Part shown: one piece after another, positions 35,501 through 47,585 of the stretch
How positions within the stretch are numbered: the first letter of the stretch is position 1
Layout of the letters: each line of letters opens with the position of its first letter
NCBI GenBank assembly: GCA_002269645.1
Contig: NIVC01002271.1
Coordinates: forward strand, 1-64,000
DNA length: 64,000 bases
Direction of reading: 5' to 3'
Origin: Macrostomum lignano
Taxonomy: Eukaryota
The notes under the pieces: model-generated
What the model was told of the DNA's origin: nothing
What the model saw: only the letters and a program-made list of their open reading frames with translations
The model's database searches: none
Made by a program: the position numbers and the translations under genes

Positions 35501-36099
35501 CTAGCAAAGGTGAGAATAACGTAGCAGAAGGCTGGCGCATGATGCACTCAACTGCTTCGGAATTGAATTTTCTCAATTGCATCAACAAGGCTCTGCAAGA
35601 TCTGATACTCTACGTACTCTCGGACATGACATTCGCTCAGACTAAAGACGATGAAGAACCAGTGGATCTATACCAATATGGCATTGACGAAGCCCTGTTC
35701 GCCTCTACTTATGCTGGCTACTATCACAAGCTGATGGAGGTTCTTAGCAACCCGCTATCCTTTGCTCCTAGCAGTATGTCGGATTTTTTGCGTCGCAAAC
35801 TCAACTTCATCAGTGTTCAGTCTTATCGAGGCAACTGCGTATTGAAGATTGAGTCGCAAAGTATCCGCGTATTGGAGGAGGTCCGCCAAGCCACGATGTC
35901 AGTGGAGAACGCGGTGGCTGCGGATATGCACCAGTGCTGTCCGGAGGCGCGCGAAAGCGTAGCCAAAATTCTGGCGCAGACGGCGCAGAAGCGACCGAGC
36001 GCCGAGGAGAGAAGCGACGCCACTGTAGCTGTCCAAGTGCCGAAAGCCACCGCGGCTGATCACCAAAACGAGTGGCATCAAGATTTGTACAATTTTTGA
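32509..36099 (+). CDS. Uncharacterised ~1196-aa intronless protein with two ~600-aa repeats, each beginning with an RIIa/Dpy-30-like dimerisation/docking motif
   Basis: Uninterrupted 3.6-kb ORF (track start 32407; first ATG 32509). YLNETRIEKTFLGLLRILL..MLPYNPYP versus YLLDTRVDEVWEGFMMDIL..TFPQNPYP, offset 597 aa. Confidence 0.85.
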   Translation: MSKAAGRKRGSAAAAATTEQEKPPAPPPLLPNQADGNIDAERRLFERIYGIVALDPIPRPPRDHHLGETINEFQKYLNETRIEKTFLGLLRILLKKKMLPYNPYPLFLTNLYRFSEGRYLLSTPASEILPSFRMETEDTRIDYVYKSRHSSHIWGLPYLVQCCSPNDMKLYEWLGRDVVPPPSTTRSADTNYVIQPCVAMIGPAVFQGSFYQYVPIIQFRVEYRIMGPDMTHAIEVFINIVIKDLNHTEKESDHILLGVSLPVDPETEPMRYSSKFWQVDEINTRGDAFWDSMVEAVTNKKYVVAELVFRVDPKMGVYKRGRKQYSFNFVQRSYRNQDAEQLTPFSEMMEACLFEGIFMDHMHADSYISTFCPREELVDRDKNYRQEPPAPFIRKSLLRRGVKVEKDTHTDDRIRIDGFLIKGPIDFSPDSRKVIDPVRIAWERHIARSHFVPEAFDVVHHMILLMLLDRKSVSDEHFIQVHRFLRSSAARMHSLMMQNQFIREIIENFDRAEESQIVQRQFMEYRHGIKDLLDSVYRECSSEMITCGRAIETRLYDMSHSVEGKGSNIILSPKSVLDLRFINHYCYPIFLRLVEVMLPQVPLITAFVDKLRKAYPEEVLRFEDAMPNPNVEYGYEEPLISKQHHQFIDTELAEAECNESKEIVKETVLMQYLLDTRVDEVWEGFMMDILSSNTFPQNPYPRLITDFRRAALKMSLCYDTDEKIVKDLYHSEPQLLDSTTFVYQMPGSDAYGYKSSLYAIDTAAYFALSSFLFPLVHENFTEKRGVYRASVCTCTVGEVSTYGRLDPYLRQVQMADHVYIKGPVRCSREGMELFTHILTEYAMQLDREQDFVVMGIFLGSLSKRWSVKEINERKATFITEIERVLILKENIFLKLYAQYDWRYICVTKYFRYRYVSFDKTEYVKFFDEIPTEPYQSIFFDQEKAAFHFKRGGAHECCDPFIGPAIRQSMLYADAQIADCHRRQDFFGVHRWLLLKSLASKGENNVAEGWRMMHSTASELNFLNCINKALQDLILYVLSDMTFAQTKDDEEPVDLYQYGIDEALFASTYAGYYHKLMEVLSNPLSFAPSSMSDFLRRKLNFISVQSYRGNCVLKIESQSIRVLEEVRQATMSVENAVAADMHQCCPEARESVAKILAQTAQKRPSAEERSDATVAVQVPKATAADHQNEWHQDLYNF

Positions 36100-38289
36100 G
36101 TAACTTTTTGCCTTATTTTCCTTTTAGTTGCTACGTACTAACGCTTACTGCTAATAGTAGAAGGTTGCGATTGCACTTACTTACTAGAGAATAATTATTT
36201 TAGATCGACATTTGCTCGAAATCTGCGTAACAACGAAAAAAAAGTTTAATTAAAAAATAATTTGACGCGTGACAATACCTGAGAAGAGAAATCTCTTAGT
36301 GCAACACTTCTTTTCGTAGTGTCTTGTGTCTCGTAAATATTTTTGTTATAATCAAATTTTGGCTAATTAAAAATCCATATAGACCAGCGGGTAATGTCGT
36401 TTTTTAATCACTATTATATAAATAAACTGTATACCGGAATATAGCTCGCATATGTAAGCATATTAGCTCGTAGATCTCCTGCTTATTGCTTGCTTACATT
36501 TTTCTTGGATACAGACAGCTGAAAGTGTCCTTATTCTTAAAATACTACGATACAATTGGTAAAATGATACACTCTAATTAGCTGTGCAGCTGTAGCAGAA
36601 GTACTTTCCCAGAATGCTGTAGAGTTATCTTTCCAAGTCTGCCTTTCCGAAAGCTCCAAGCATCTGAATCGAGTGACTATGGATGACCGCACGTGACCCC
36701 AGGAAATCTATTTATGGCAATGTTCAGTTCAGTGCTGAATCTCTTGCAGTCTTTCAGCATTGCTTTGTTTAAAATTAATTATGTGTCACCTGCGTCAATA
36801 TGTGAGCGTCATACCGGCATGTACATTATATTAGCATACAAAAAGATGGAAAAATGTTTGCACTAACTGATAAACAGGGCCGCATCCAGGGAGAAAGGTG
36901 GGACCCTATACTATGGCGCCTGGCGCTAGCGCCCACGAAGGCGCCCACGATAGCGCTAGCTACCGGTAGGTGTACTCCTCCTAGTTCTAATAAAACTTCC
37001 GCAAATACGCCCCTGCGAAGAAAAAATTGAAATTTAGGCATTTTTATAGGTATCCCAGTCTCAGAATTCCATCGATTATTTGCAAACGTATAGATTAAAT
37101 ATTCTAAACGCTTGGCTTGACTTTTTACTTTGAAAATGATGATGATCGAGGAAAGTCTATCCGAAGATTAAGCCATGCGTTAGAATTAGCCAAGGCTTAA
37201 GCCTTTAGTCATAGTCAGTCAGCTGATTGAATAGAGTCTGGGGTGGGGATGGGCTGGATGTCGGGTGACGGTCCGCTTGCGTTAAGCTGAACTGCGGGAG
37301 CGCACAAACAAGCAGCTTCCTGCCAGCCTGCCCGCGCCCGCCTTGGGGTGGGGCCTGGGCGGACGGGGGGTTGGGCCCGGGAGTGAGGATAGAGAGGTTT
37401 GGTTTTGAAGGGCGACCCCGGCGAGAACAGTCTAAAAAGAAAAGGGGGAGTGGAGACTCCCTCGACTATGTACATACGAACCTCCCCCCGGGGGTTCAAT
37501 GTACACACCGGCGCCCAGGCCAGAAAAGAGGGAGTGAATGGGTTAACTTGAACAGCTGAAATTGGATGGGGTGAATGTACACGCTCAACGGGCGTGATAA
37601 TATATATTACGCTGCAATGGGCCAAAGCCAACGTTATAAAGGCGCTCAAATCGGGGGTGGGGGTTGGGGGCCTTGAGGCAAAGGTTGTGGGTGGGCGGAC
37701 GTCGGACGCACACGGAGAAGATTAAAGCAAAATGGGGAGGCGAGGAGGAGAGAAACAGGGAAGAAAGGAAAGCAGGGCTTGACAGGAGAGCTTGAATAGC
37801 AGAAACTTTTGAGTAGCTGTAGGTGCAGTAGAGAACAGCTGTACATAGCAGAACTCTTTTCAAGCCCTGCTTCTGGTTAGGCCAACAATAGTTCTCGATT
37901 CACCCCTTTAATTATATTGCACACGCTATTGTACTCGACTAACGACCAATTGTTGTAATTCTATATTTTCCTTGCACAAGCAGGGCTGTCCTGACATTAT
38001 TACTTTGCTTTGCTTTTGCGCTATAAACGCTTGGTTTCAATGCATGTATAAAACGTGAACTACCCCCTAGTCTGCACTGAAGACAACTTTAATTAAAGTA
38101 TCCAGTGCTATAATTAGGACTATGGCTGATTTCAATAGCCGATTGGGCAAATTCGTCAGTAGACTTCATTGTAAACTAAACTTTAAAAAACTGTTTTAAA
38201 TTAACTTTGCGGACTAAGACAGTCGCGTCAGGATGTACGGTAAGTTATATTTATTAAAATTGCTTATGAACGAATGCTGTATGGCTTTA

Positions 38290-38790
38290 GAAATGGGTTA
38301 TTAGGTAACCACAAATTGTTTATTAGGCGCAAAAATGGTTTTTGAGGTGCCGAGCAAAGGTTATTAGGTACTCAAATTGTTTATTAGGCGCTAAAGTGGT
38401 TTATTAGGCGCTAAAATGGTTTATTAGGCGCCAAAGTGGTTTATTAGGCGCTAAAATTGTTTAAGGCGCTGAAATGGTTTTTAAGGAACCGGAAAAGGTT
38501 ATTAGGTGCTAAAATTGTTTTAGGCGCTAAAATTGTTTTTAGGTGCTAAACTGTTTTATTAGGCGCTAGAATGGTTTACTAAGCGCTAAAATAGTTTATT
38601 TTGCGTTTAAATAGCTTATTAGGCAACAAAGAGTGTTTATTAGGCGCCGGAAAAAGTTTATTAGGCGCTAAAGAGGTTTATTAGGCGCTAAACTGGTTTG
38701 TTAGGCGCTAAGTGATTTATTAAGCGCTAAATTGGTTTATTAGGCGCTAGAATGATTTATTAGGCGCTAAAAACTGTTTTTTAGGCGCCA
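38290..38790. repeat. Degenerate ~21-bp minisatellite (ggtttattaggcgctaaa)
   Basis: Visible directly. Confidence 0.88.
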
Positions 38791-39654
38791 CAGCCAGGGA
38801 TTATGCATAAACAACACAGTATTAGTTTGTTTTTTAAAATTTTTTTGTGAGCGATAAAATTTTCGGTGTGTGTTTTTATAACAAAGTTCTGCATTTTGTT
38901 AATACGCTTTTCAATTTATTTTATTCGAATGGTTAAAAAGTTATAATGACGAATTATCAAACAATTTTCAAGTATGCCTCAGTCATGCTAAAAATAGAAT
39001 CAAAGCACCTTGAATTAACTTAGACGCACATGAAGTTTCTATTGCAGCAAGAAATTTAAGAAAAAGTCACTAAGAAAGACAGAAGGCAAAAATATCGATC
39101 TCTCAAGTCCTGTCCTCTACGATCGATTCGCGCGGAGTGAGACGATCACAGGATTAGCAACAGGCCACGTGTCTATCATGCAGGCTATTCTGCGTTTGTC
39201 AATTGCTTCTAGAAGCAATGCCAGAATTTTAGCTTCGTTAATAAGGGGGTAGAGCGATTGAGTGTTTCAATAGTCTGCAGTCAGTCAGTTGGTCTACTGA
39301 ACGTATAATCGTATTATATATATATAAATTATATCATAGCATACAGTTCCATATTCAGCGGAAATCAACCAACTGAAACGTTTACTGCATTAGGCAAACT
39401 TTAATACAACTACGAGCCACACGTAAAATTGTAAGCCTTATCCGGTGCGTTGTTTGAATTTGCATTTGAGCTATAACGTTATCTATATATTGATATTAAT
39501 AATATTGGAACCAGAAAATCAGAAACGGTTGAGTCATAAGCAAACTTGCCTGTGAAAGCAAACAGTGCGACCGTAAATGCGGAGCCCTTTTGCTGACCTT
39601 TGTTCATCACTCCTGATTGTCTACGTTGCTTCCAGTGTCTCTTTTATTCTTCTG

Positions 39655-40850
39655 CCAGAATCTCTTCTTGAATCTCTTCATGAATCTGCCTGAATCTCTT
39701 CTTGAATCTCTTCATGAATCTGCCTGAATCTCTTGACTCTTCATGAATCTTTGCCTGAGTCTCTTCATGAATCTCTGCCTGAATCTCTTCATGAATCTCT
39801 TCTTGAATCTCTTCATGAATCTGCCTGAATCGCTTGACTCTTCATGAATCTTTGCCTGAGTCTCTTCATGAATCTCTGCCTGAATCTCTTCATGAATCTC
39901 TGCCTGAATCTCTTCATGAATCTCTGCCTGAATCTCTGCCTGAATGTCTGCATGAATCTCTGCCTGAATCTCTGCCTGAATCTCTTCATGAATCTTTGCC
40001 TGAGTCTCTTCATGAATCTCTTTATGAATCTCTGCCTGAATCTCTTCATGAATCTCTGCCTGAATCTCTTCATGAATCTCTGCCTGAATCTCTGCTTGAA
40101 TCTCTTCATGAATCTCTGCCTGAATCTCTTCATGAATCTCTGCCTGAATCTCTTCATGAATCTCTGCCTGAATCTCTGCCTGAATCTCTTTATGAATCTC
40201 TGCCTGAATCTCTTTATGAATCTCTGCCTGAATCTCTTCATGAATCTCTGCCTGAATCTCTTCATGAATCTTTGCCTGAGTCTCTTCATGAATCTCTTCA
40301 TGAATCTCTGCCTGAAACTCTTCATGAATCTCTGCCTGAATCTCTGCCTGAATGTCTGCCTGAATCTCTGTCTGAATCTCTGCCTGAATCTCTTCATGAA
40401 TCTCTGCCTGAATCTCTGCCTGAATGTCTGCAAGAATCTCTGCCTGAATGTCTGCAAGAATCTCTGCCTGAATCTCTGCCTGAATCTCTTCATGAATCTT
40501 TGCCTGAATCTCTTCATGAATCTCTGCCTGAATCTCTGCCTGAATGTCTGCATGAATCTCTGCCTGAATCTCTGCCTGAATCTCTTCATGAATCTCTGCC
40601 TGAATCTCTTCATGAATCTTTGCCTGAGTCTCTTCATGAATCTCTTCATGAATCTCTGCCTGAATCTCTGTCTGAATCCCTGCCTGAATCTCTGTCTGAA
40701 TCCCTGCCTGAACCTCTGTCTGAATCTATGCCTGAACCTCTGTCTGAATCTATGCCTGAATCTCTTCTTGAATCTCTGCATAAATCTCTGTATAAATCTC
40801 TGCCTGAATCTCTGCCTGAATATCTTCATGAACTCTACCTGAATCTCGGC
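39655..40850. repeat. 12-bp unit satellite (gaatctctgcct / gaatctcttcat)
   Basis: Visible directly; gives spurious ESLP/RFRQ ORFs. Confidence 0.96.
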
Positions 40851-41037
40851 TTTAGTTTATTTAAAATTTCTAAAGTAAGAACCAGCCAGAGCTGAGCATG
40901 AACCCAATGACAACTTAGTGATTAAGTTGTCCTTGGCATGAACCATAAATAAGATTAGTCTATGGCCAAAATCCCTGCATGCTGGAAAGGAAAGCTGCAA
41001 TGCACCCACGCATGTCAACTATATATTAGAGTAAAAA

Positions 41038-44000
41038 ATGACAGCCAATGATGACTCAAACATTTTAAACCCTCAATTTACAAACTCAGTACGCATGGAA
41101 GAGCCACCGGAAGGTGACAGCTCAGAGGAGGACGAGGTGCGTCAGCAGTCTTCCCAAACGCAGTCGTTTCCTTCTGCAAGCCAGCAGCAACAGCAGCAGC
41201 AGGAGGAGGTTACTGCACCAGAAGAAGCAGAACGAGACAGTTCGAACAAATCCGGCGAAAGAAGCAAGAAAGTGAACGGCGGAAACATGCAGCAGATCCG
41301 AACCCTGATGTGGAAGCACTGTTTAGAAGAGATTCGGCAGCCAGTGGGTCTATTTTTTTTCTTTATTGTTGGATTTTAATCAATGGAAAATGAGATCCTA
41401 GAATTCGGGATCAGGATCTTCAAGGGGCTCAGGTTTTGGATTGGGATATTGGGATTCAGGTTTGGGTTTCGAGGCGACCCTTGAGATTCGGGCCTTAAGC
41501 CTTAGCCTTGGCTTTAGTATCCGGGATTTGACTCTTGGGATTAGGGAACTGGGGTCTTGGGATTCGGGACTGCTGGGATCTTGGGATTCGGGACTGCTGG
41601 GATCTTGGGATTCGGGACTGGGATTTTGGGATTCGGAGACTGGGGATCTAGGGAATCGGGGACTGGGGATCTAGGGATTCGGGGACTGGGGATCTAGGGA
41701 TTCGGGACTGGGATCATGGGATTCTGGGACTGGGATTTGGGGATTCGGGACTGGGATATTGTGATTTGGATTTGGGTCTATGGATATACTCAATGATAAC
41801 TAGTTCGTTTTTTTCAAACCCCTCATATCTATGATAATAAAACATCCCAGGTGAAGCTGCTGGCCCAGTGCTGCATCCCGGTTGTCGTCATCTGCGTTCT
41901 GGTACTCGCACACGCGGTTACTAACCAACAGAGAAGCTACTCGCACTGTGAGTTCATTAGTCAAATAGACTCCTCAGACACCCCAATCAAGCTTAGCTAT
42001 AACATTAAACACAAAAAATAACGTTGCTTTTTGCAGGCTTCTTTCAACCAAAGGCGCTGCCAACATCCGGCGTGCTGAGCTTCTTCCAGACTAAACTGTG
42101 CGACTGGAACAGCACCTGCCTGGACCGGGACCACCCGGTGCGCGGGTCCGACCTGCGCGGCTTCAGGTCGCCCGAGAGGTGGCTGACCTTCTTTGTTCTT
42201 TTATTAGTCTTCTGTCTGTTCTGGCTTTGTTCTAATCTTCCTGTCTCTTAATGACATTCCTGTCTTAATCTACCTGTCTTTCAATGACATACCTGTATTA
42301 ATCTTCCTGTCTCTCAATGACATACCTGTCCTAATCTATCTGTCTCTTAATGACATTCCTGTCTTAATCTTCCTGTCTCTTAATGACATTCCTGTCTTAA
42401 TCTAGCTGTCTCTTAATGACATTCCTGTCTTAATCTTCCTGTCTCTTAATGACATTCCTGTCTTAATCTTCCTGTCTCTTAATTACATTCCTGTCTTAAT
42501 CTACCTGTCTCTTAATGACATACCTGTCTTAATCTAGCTGTCTCTTAATGACATTCCTGTCTTAATCTTCCTGTCTCTTAATGACATTCCTGTCTTAATC
42601 TTCCTGTCTCTTAATTACATTCCTGTCTTAATCTACCTGTCTCTTAATGACATACCTGTCTTAATCTACCTGTCTCTCAATGACATACCTGTCTTAATCT
42701 TCCTGTCTCTTAATGACATTCCTGTCTTAATCTACCTGTCTCTTAATGACATACCTGTCTTAATCTACCTGTCTCTTAATTACATTCCTGTCTTAATCTT
42801 CCTGTCTCTCAATGACACACCTGGGGGCCGTAGCCCAGTGGTAGCGCAGCTGCTCTGGTGTGCCAGCGACCCAGGCTCGATTCCAAGTGCAGTCACATTA
42901 ATTTGGGGCTGAATTAGAATCTCGGCTTGGCTCTGCTCGTGCAATTAACGGCCTTGAGAGCCAACCCCCCAAGGCGCAGTGAAGTGTACATGCCTAACGA
43001 TAATATAAAGTTAGGGCCGCTGTACACTCCTGTGTGAGTCTGTGCCTGCGTACGTATCCGCGCGCTTGTATGCCTGCTCAGGGGAGTCGGCGGAATGGGC
43101 AGTAATGCCTCTCGCCGGTTGTGTGCCAATGTCGCTTAAAGTGCGCCAGGGTGCACACAACCCCCCTGCCTCTAATAAAAAAATGACACACCTGTCTTAA
43201 TCTTCCTGCCTCTCAATGACATACCTGTCCTAATCTATCTGTCTCTCAATTACATACCTGTCCTAATCTATCTGTCTCTCAATTACATACCTGTCTTAAT
43301 CTAATTGTCTTTTAATGACATACCTGTCTTAATCTACCCGTCTCTCAATGACATACCTGTCTTAATCTACCTGTACCATAATAAGTCCTGAATATTGACT
43401 GTCATTTAATCCTTTGTTAAATATTATTAATATTTAACCTGTGATATACTAATCTCAATCTGATTGCAGACTAATCCAACTGATAGAGTACGCCAACGAC
43501 AATGCCCAGTTCAACAATTTGCTGTTAGATTTCTTATCGAAAGTCCAGTCCAGGGCACCGTACAGTCTGAACGATTTGCTCGAGATCGCCAGTCACTACT
43601 CGGGCTTGTTTAGCGAGGTAATTTATCAATACTCAGAATGTATAATTGTATAATTAGTTAGCCACATGGATCCTTTTGATATGAAAACATTGAGTATCTT
43701 GGGAAATTGATTCTGACTTCGCGTGTCCTTAGAGACTGTCAATGACCTTGAGTGTTATTAGACTGTTTCGGTGACTTCGTATGTCCTTAGAGATTGACGG
43801 TGACCTCACGTGTCCTTAGAGACTGTCAATGACCTTGAGTGTTATTGGACTCTTATGGTGACTTCGTATGCCCTTAAAAATTGACGGTGACCTCACGTGT
43901 CCTTAGAAATTGGCAATGACCTTGAGTGTTATTGGACTCTTACGGTGACTTCGTATGCCCTTAGAGATTGATGGTGACCTCACGCGTCCTTAGAGACTGA

Positions 44001-47000
44001 CGGTGACCTCACGTATCCTTAGAGATTGGCAATGACATTCTGTGTTATTGGACTCTTACGGTGACCTTGTATGCCCTTAGAGATTGACGGTGACCTCACG
44101 CGTCCTTAGAGATTGGCAATGACCTTGAATGTCCTTAGAGATTGACGGTGACCTTCAGTGGTCCTAAGAATGCAATGCCACTGACCAGTAATGCAATGGA
44201 CCCAACTACAGCCCGAGTTCCAAGGCCGTCTGTTCAACGTGACCAGCGCCATATCGTCCGACTATCGCGATCTGACCAACAACAACATATTCGCCGTCGA
44301 AGCGGACTCCGGCGGCATCAGCAAGGTGCACATCGCTTTGTACAATCTGTCAGCCGGCGTTTGCGGCGTCGAATCCACCGAGGGCAACTTCGCCCAGTTC
44401 ATGTCCTACGCTGGCATCGACAGGGACGAGTTTCTGCGCGACAGGCGCGACGTTGTAACGCTGGACTTTTCGGCTACTCGGTCCGGCTCGGCGGCGGCTT
44501 CGCGGCGACGACGAAAGCGGCGCAGCGTGGCTTCAGCCGATGGCGACGAGATTTTTGCGGCGTTTCGACGCTACTGTAAGTAGCTGGCTGGGGCATGGGG
44601 CGAATTTATCTACCTGTCTACCTATCTGTCTACTGGTCTACCAATCTATCTACTGGTCTACCAATCTATCTACTGTTCTACCAATCTGTCTACTGTTCTA
44701 CCAATCTATCTACTGTTCTACCAATCTATCTACTGGTCCTACCAATCTATCTACTGTTCAACCAATCTATCTACTGTTCTACCAATCTATCTACTGTTCT
44801 ACCAGTCTATCTACTGTTCTATCAATCTACCTTCTGGTCTACCAATCTACCTACTAGTCTATCAATCTACCTTCTGGTCTACCAATCTATCTACCAGTTT
44901 GTCAATCATCCAATCAACTGATCTGCCAATAATCTTCTATCAAACCAATATAAATATGAATCCAACCAATTGCATTGCAGATGATTGCCATCGGTACAAA
45001 GACTTCACCCTGTGGAACACACCACTGTACAGTTTCTGGCGAATGTACACCAACCACTACTACGGAAATGTACTTTACGCGCCAAACACTCCAACCGTTA
45101 ATAAAATAATTGAAAAGGTGAGGTGACTCGACATTTCAATAAAGGCCTGAACTTATTTAACCTCGTTTTTTTAAAAAGTTGACTACAAACTTTTGATTTT
45201 GTTGTTTTTTATCAGGCCAGAACAGTGTTCCACTCTGTGCAAGAGGCCCAGGATTTTATAAGCAACTGGAACAGCACTTACAGGGGACGGCTCAACCATT
45301 TCCTGAGTATGTTTCTGTCGCATGAAGAGGTGAGCTTACTTTAATATGCTCTTATTCGTATTTATATTGTATTAGATAGTTATGATTGATGAGATCTGGT
45401 TAAGCTGAAAGCTCATTGAGATTTTTCCTTTACTGCCTATCAAATCTCATTGAGATCTTATCTCTACTCACTATCAAATCTCATTGAGATCTCACCTCTA
45501 CTGACTATCAAATCTCATTGAGATCTCACCTCTACTGATCAAATCTCATTGAGATCTCACCTCTACTGACTATCAAATCTCATTACAAATCTCTCCAAAT
45601 CTCTTACGACTCTAGTTTCCGACCAGCCGTCAATAGTTTAATGTCGAACTTAAAATAACCTGCTTAAAATTCATTAAATTCCTAACGCAAGATTTGCTGT
45701 AATGAATCATAAGCGTCAATTTAAACAAATTGTATCAAATCAGATATTTCACTGCCTACCAAAAATATTCCCTGGGCACTTCGTTTTGACCTTAATAGCA
45801 AACTGCAATTAAAACTCGCACAGCTGTCAGTTTTAGGTAAAGATAAGAATATACGCCCCCTGTGTGTCTTCAGAAATTCAAGCCATTGTTATAGCTAAGC
45901 ATACAGCTATTTTGAGTCTATACTCGTATAATAATTAGAATATTGACCTCAGTAGTAGTAAATAGCCTCTATCCGGCCCTAGGGGTCCTTTGAAACTTCA
46001 AAATAGCAATTCAGTCCGCTCAGGGTTTGGTTTGTTCCTGTCTTTTCTCAGTTCTCTTCTCTCTTCCCATATTTCATATCGCTTCGCATTCTCTCTTCTC
46101 CTCTATTCCGTTTCCTTTCCTCTCTAATCTGGCCCGCAGCCATGAGCTGGATTCTGTATTTTTCATTTTTCTAGTCCTCCAAGTAAAAAAGTTTTCCGAC
46201 GCCTCGTCTATGGTCAAAGCCTCTATTCAACTTTCTAAGGCTTTCTAAGAAAGATCAAGAAAGTCAATTAGGATCACGCGGTCACCTCGTGGGCATTCTA
46301 CGAATTCTAGAAAATTCTATTAGAATTCAAACAGACGTTTGTTATCAAACCATCCGCAATATAGAGAGCAACACTTTTTGACTACTGATAGCTGTGTCAG
46401 TAGTAGTATATATAAAACATATTTTTCTTCTAAAACACAGTTTAAATTGCTTGCTGCTCTTGAAATTGCAATTCCAGTCTGCCAGGCACCTGTGCAATCT
46501 GCTGATTAAACAGAACAACGGCCTGTGCGACACGATCAGTTTGGATCACTGGCGGCAGGCTGTGAAAATTGTGGATCTGCTGTTGCCTGAGGTGGACACC
46601 TTCCTGTCTGTGAGGCTCGCTTATATTCTCGCTTGGAATGGATATTCTAGACACAGATATTTTTAATATATAGGACAGATTTTGGGAGAAGATTAGACAT
46701 AGTGTGGGAAACTACGTAGATAGGAAAGGGATTGGAGTGGAGACGGGAGAGATTAGAGTAGAGATAGGAAAGATAGGTGAGATTAGAGATGGGATGGGTG
46801 AGATTATAGGTGAGATGGGTGAGATTATAGGAGATAAGTGAGATTAGGGTAGAGAAATGAGATTAGAGTAGAGATAGGTGAGATGGGTGAGATTAGGAAA
46901 GGGATTGTTGAGATTATAGGTGAGATGGGTGAGATCATATACAGCGGGAGATTAAAAGACAAAAAAGAGGCTGTGAGATGAAGAAAGAGATTAAACTAGT

Positions 47001-47383
47001 GCCTGAGATCCGACCCCCCCCACTCGCAACTTCAGTGCTTCTTCAACAAGCTGAAGGATCCATTCGTTGGCTTCTCAAACATGTCGGAGCTGTGGCGCAA
47101 TCTGCCAAACTTCACCAGCAACAGCCAGCTGAAATCAGTGCTGGAGTTTCACGTGTCTCCTGATGAGCAGGAGCTGCGGGACAAGCCCGGTTTTATAAAG
47201 TACACCTTGCACCCTAAGGCCTGGTTCACTGACCATCCGGACGACCTCAGAGAGTTGAAAGAGTGAGTTAATCGCTCTTTTTAGAATCAGATTCACCTTC
47301 AGTTTTAAGATTTATTGGAGAGTGAAATGAAGGTATAACTGCTGATAGATCTGAGAGTAGAGTAGAATAGAGAACTGCAGATA

Positions 47384-47431
<48 letters not shown>

Positions 47432-47543
47432 AATCTAGAAGTGCAGATAGACACACACCAACCTAGAACTGCAGATAGACACACACCAATCTAGAAGTGC
47501 AGATAGACACACACACACACACACCAACCTAGAACTGCATATA

Positions 47544-47585
<42 letters not shown>

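Noticed and set aside
36860-37900. Possible MITE/LINE/LTR fragments (also 14820-15460, 16100-16860, 50200-50600)
   Set aside because: Suggestive composition and short terminal-like motifs, but no TIR pair, TSD or coding homology I could verify by eye.
39813-40895. ESLH/ESLP-repeat and RFRQ-repeat ORFs
   Set aside because: 12-bp satellite translation; no start context or unique domain.
42824-42895. Functional tRNA gene
   Set aside because: No clean cloverleaf or anticodon arm; it continues into a shared SINE body with poly-A and TSD.
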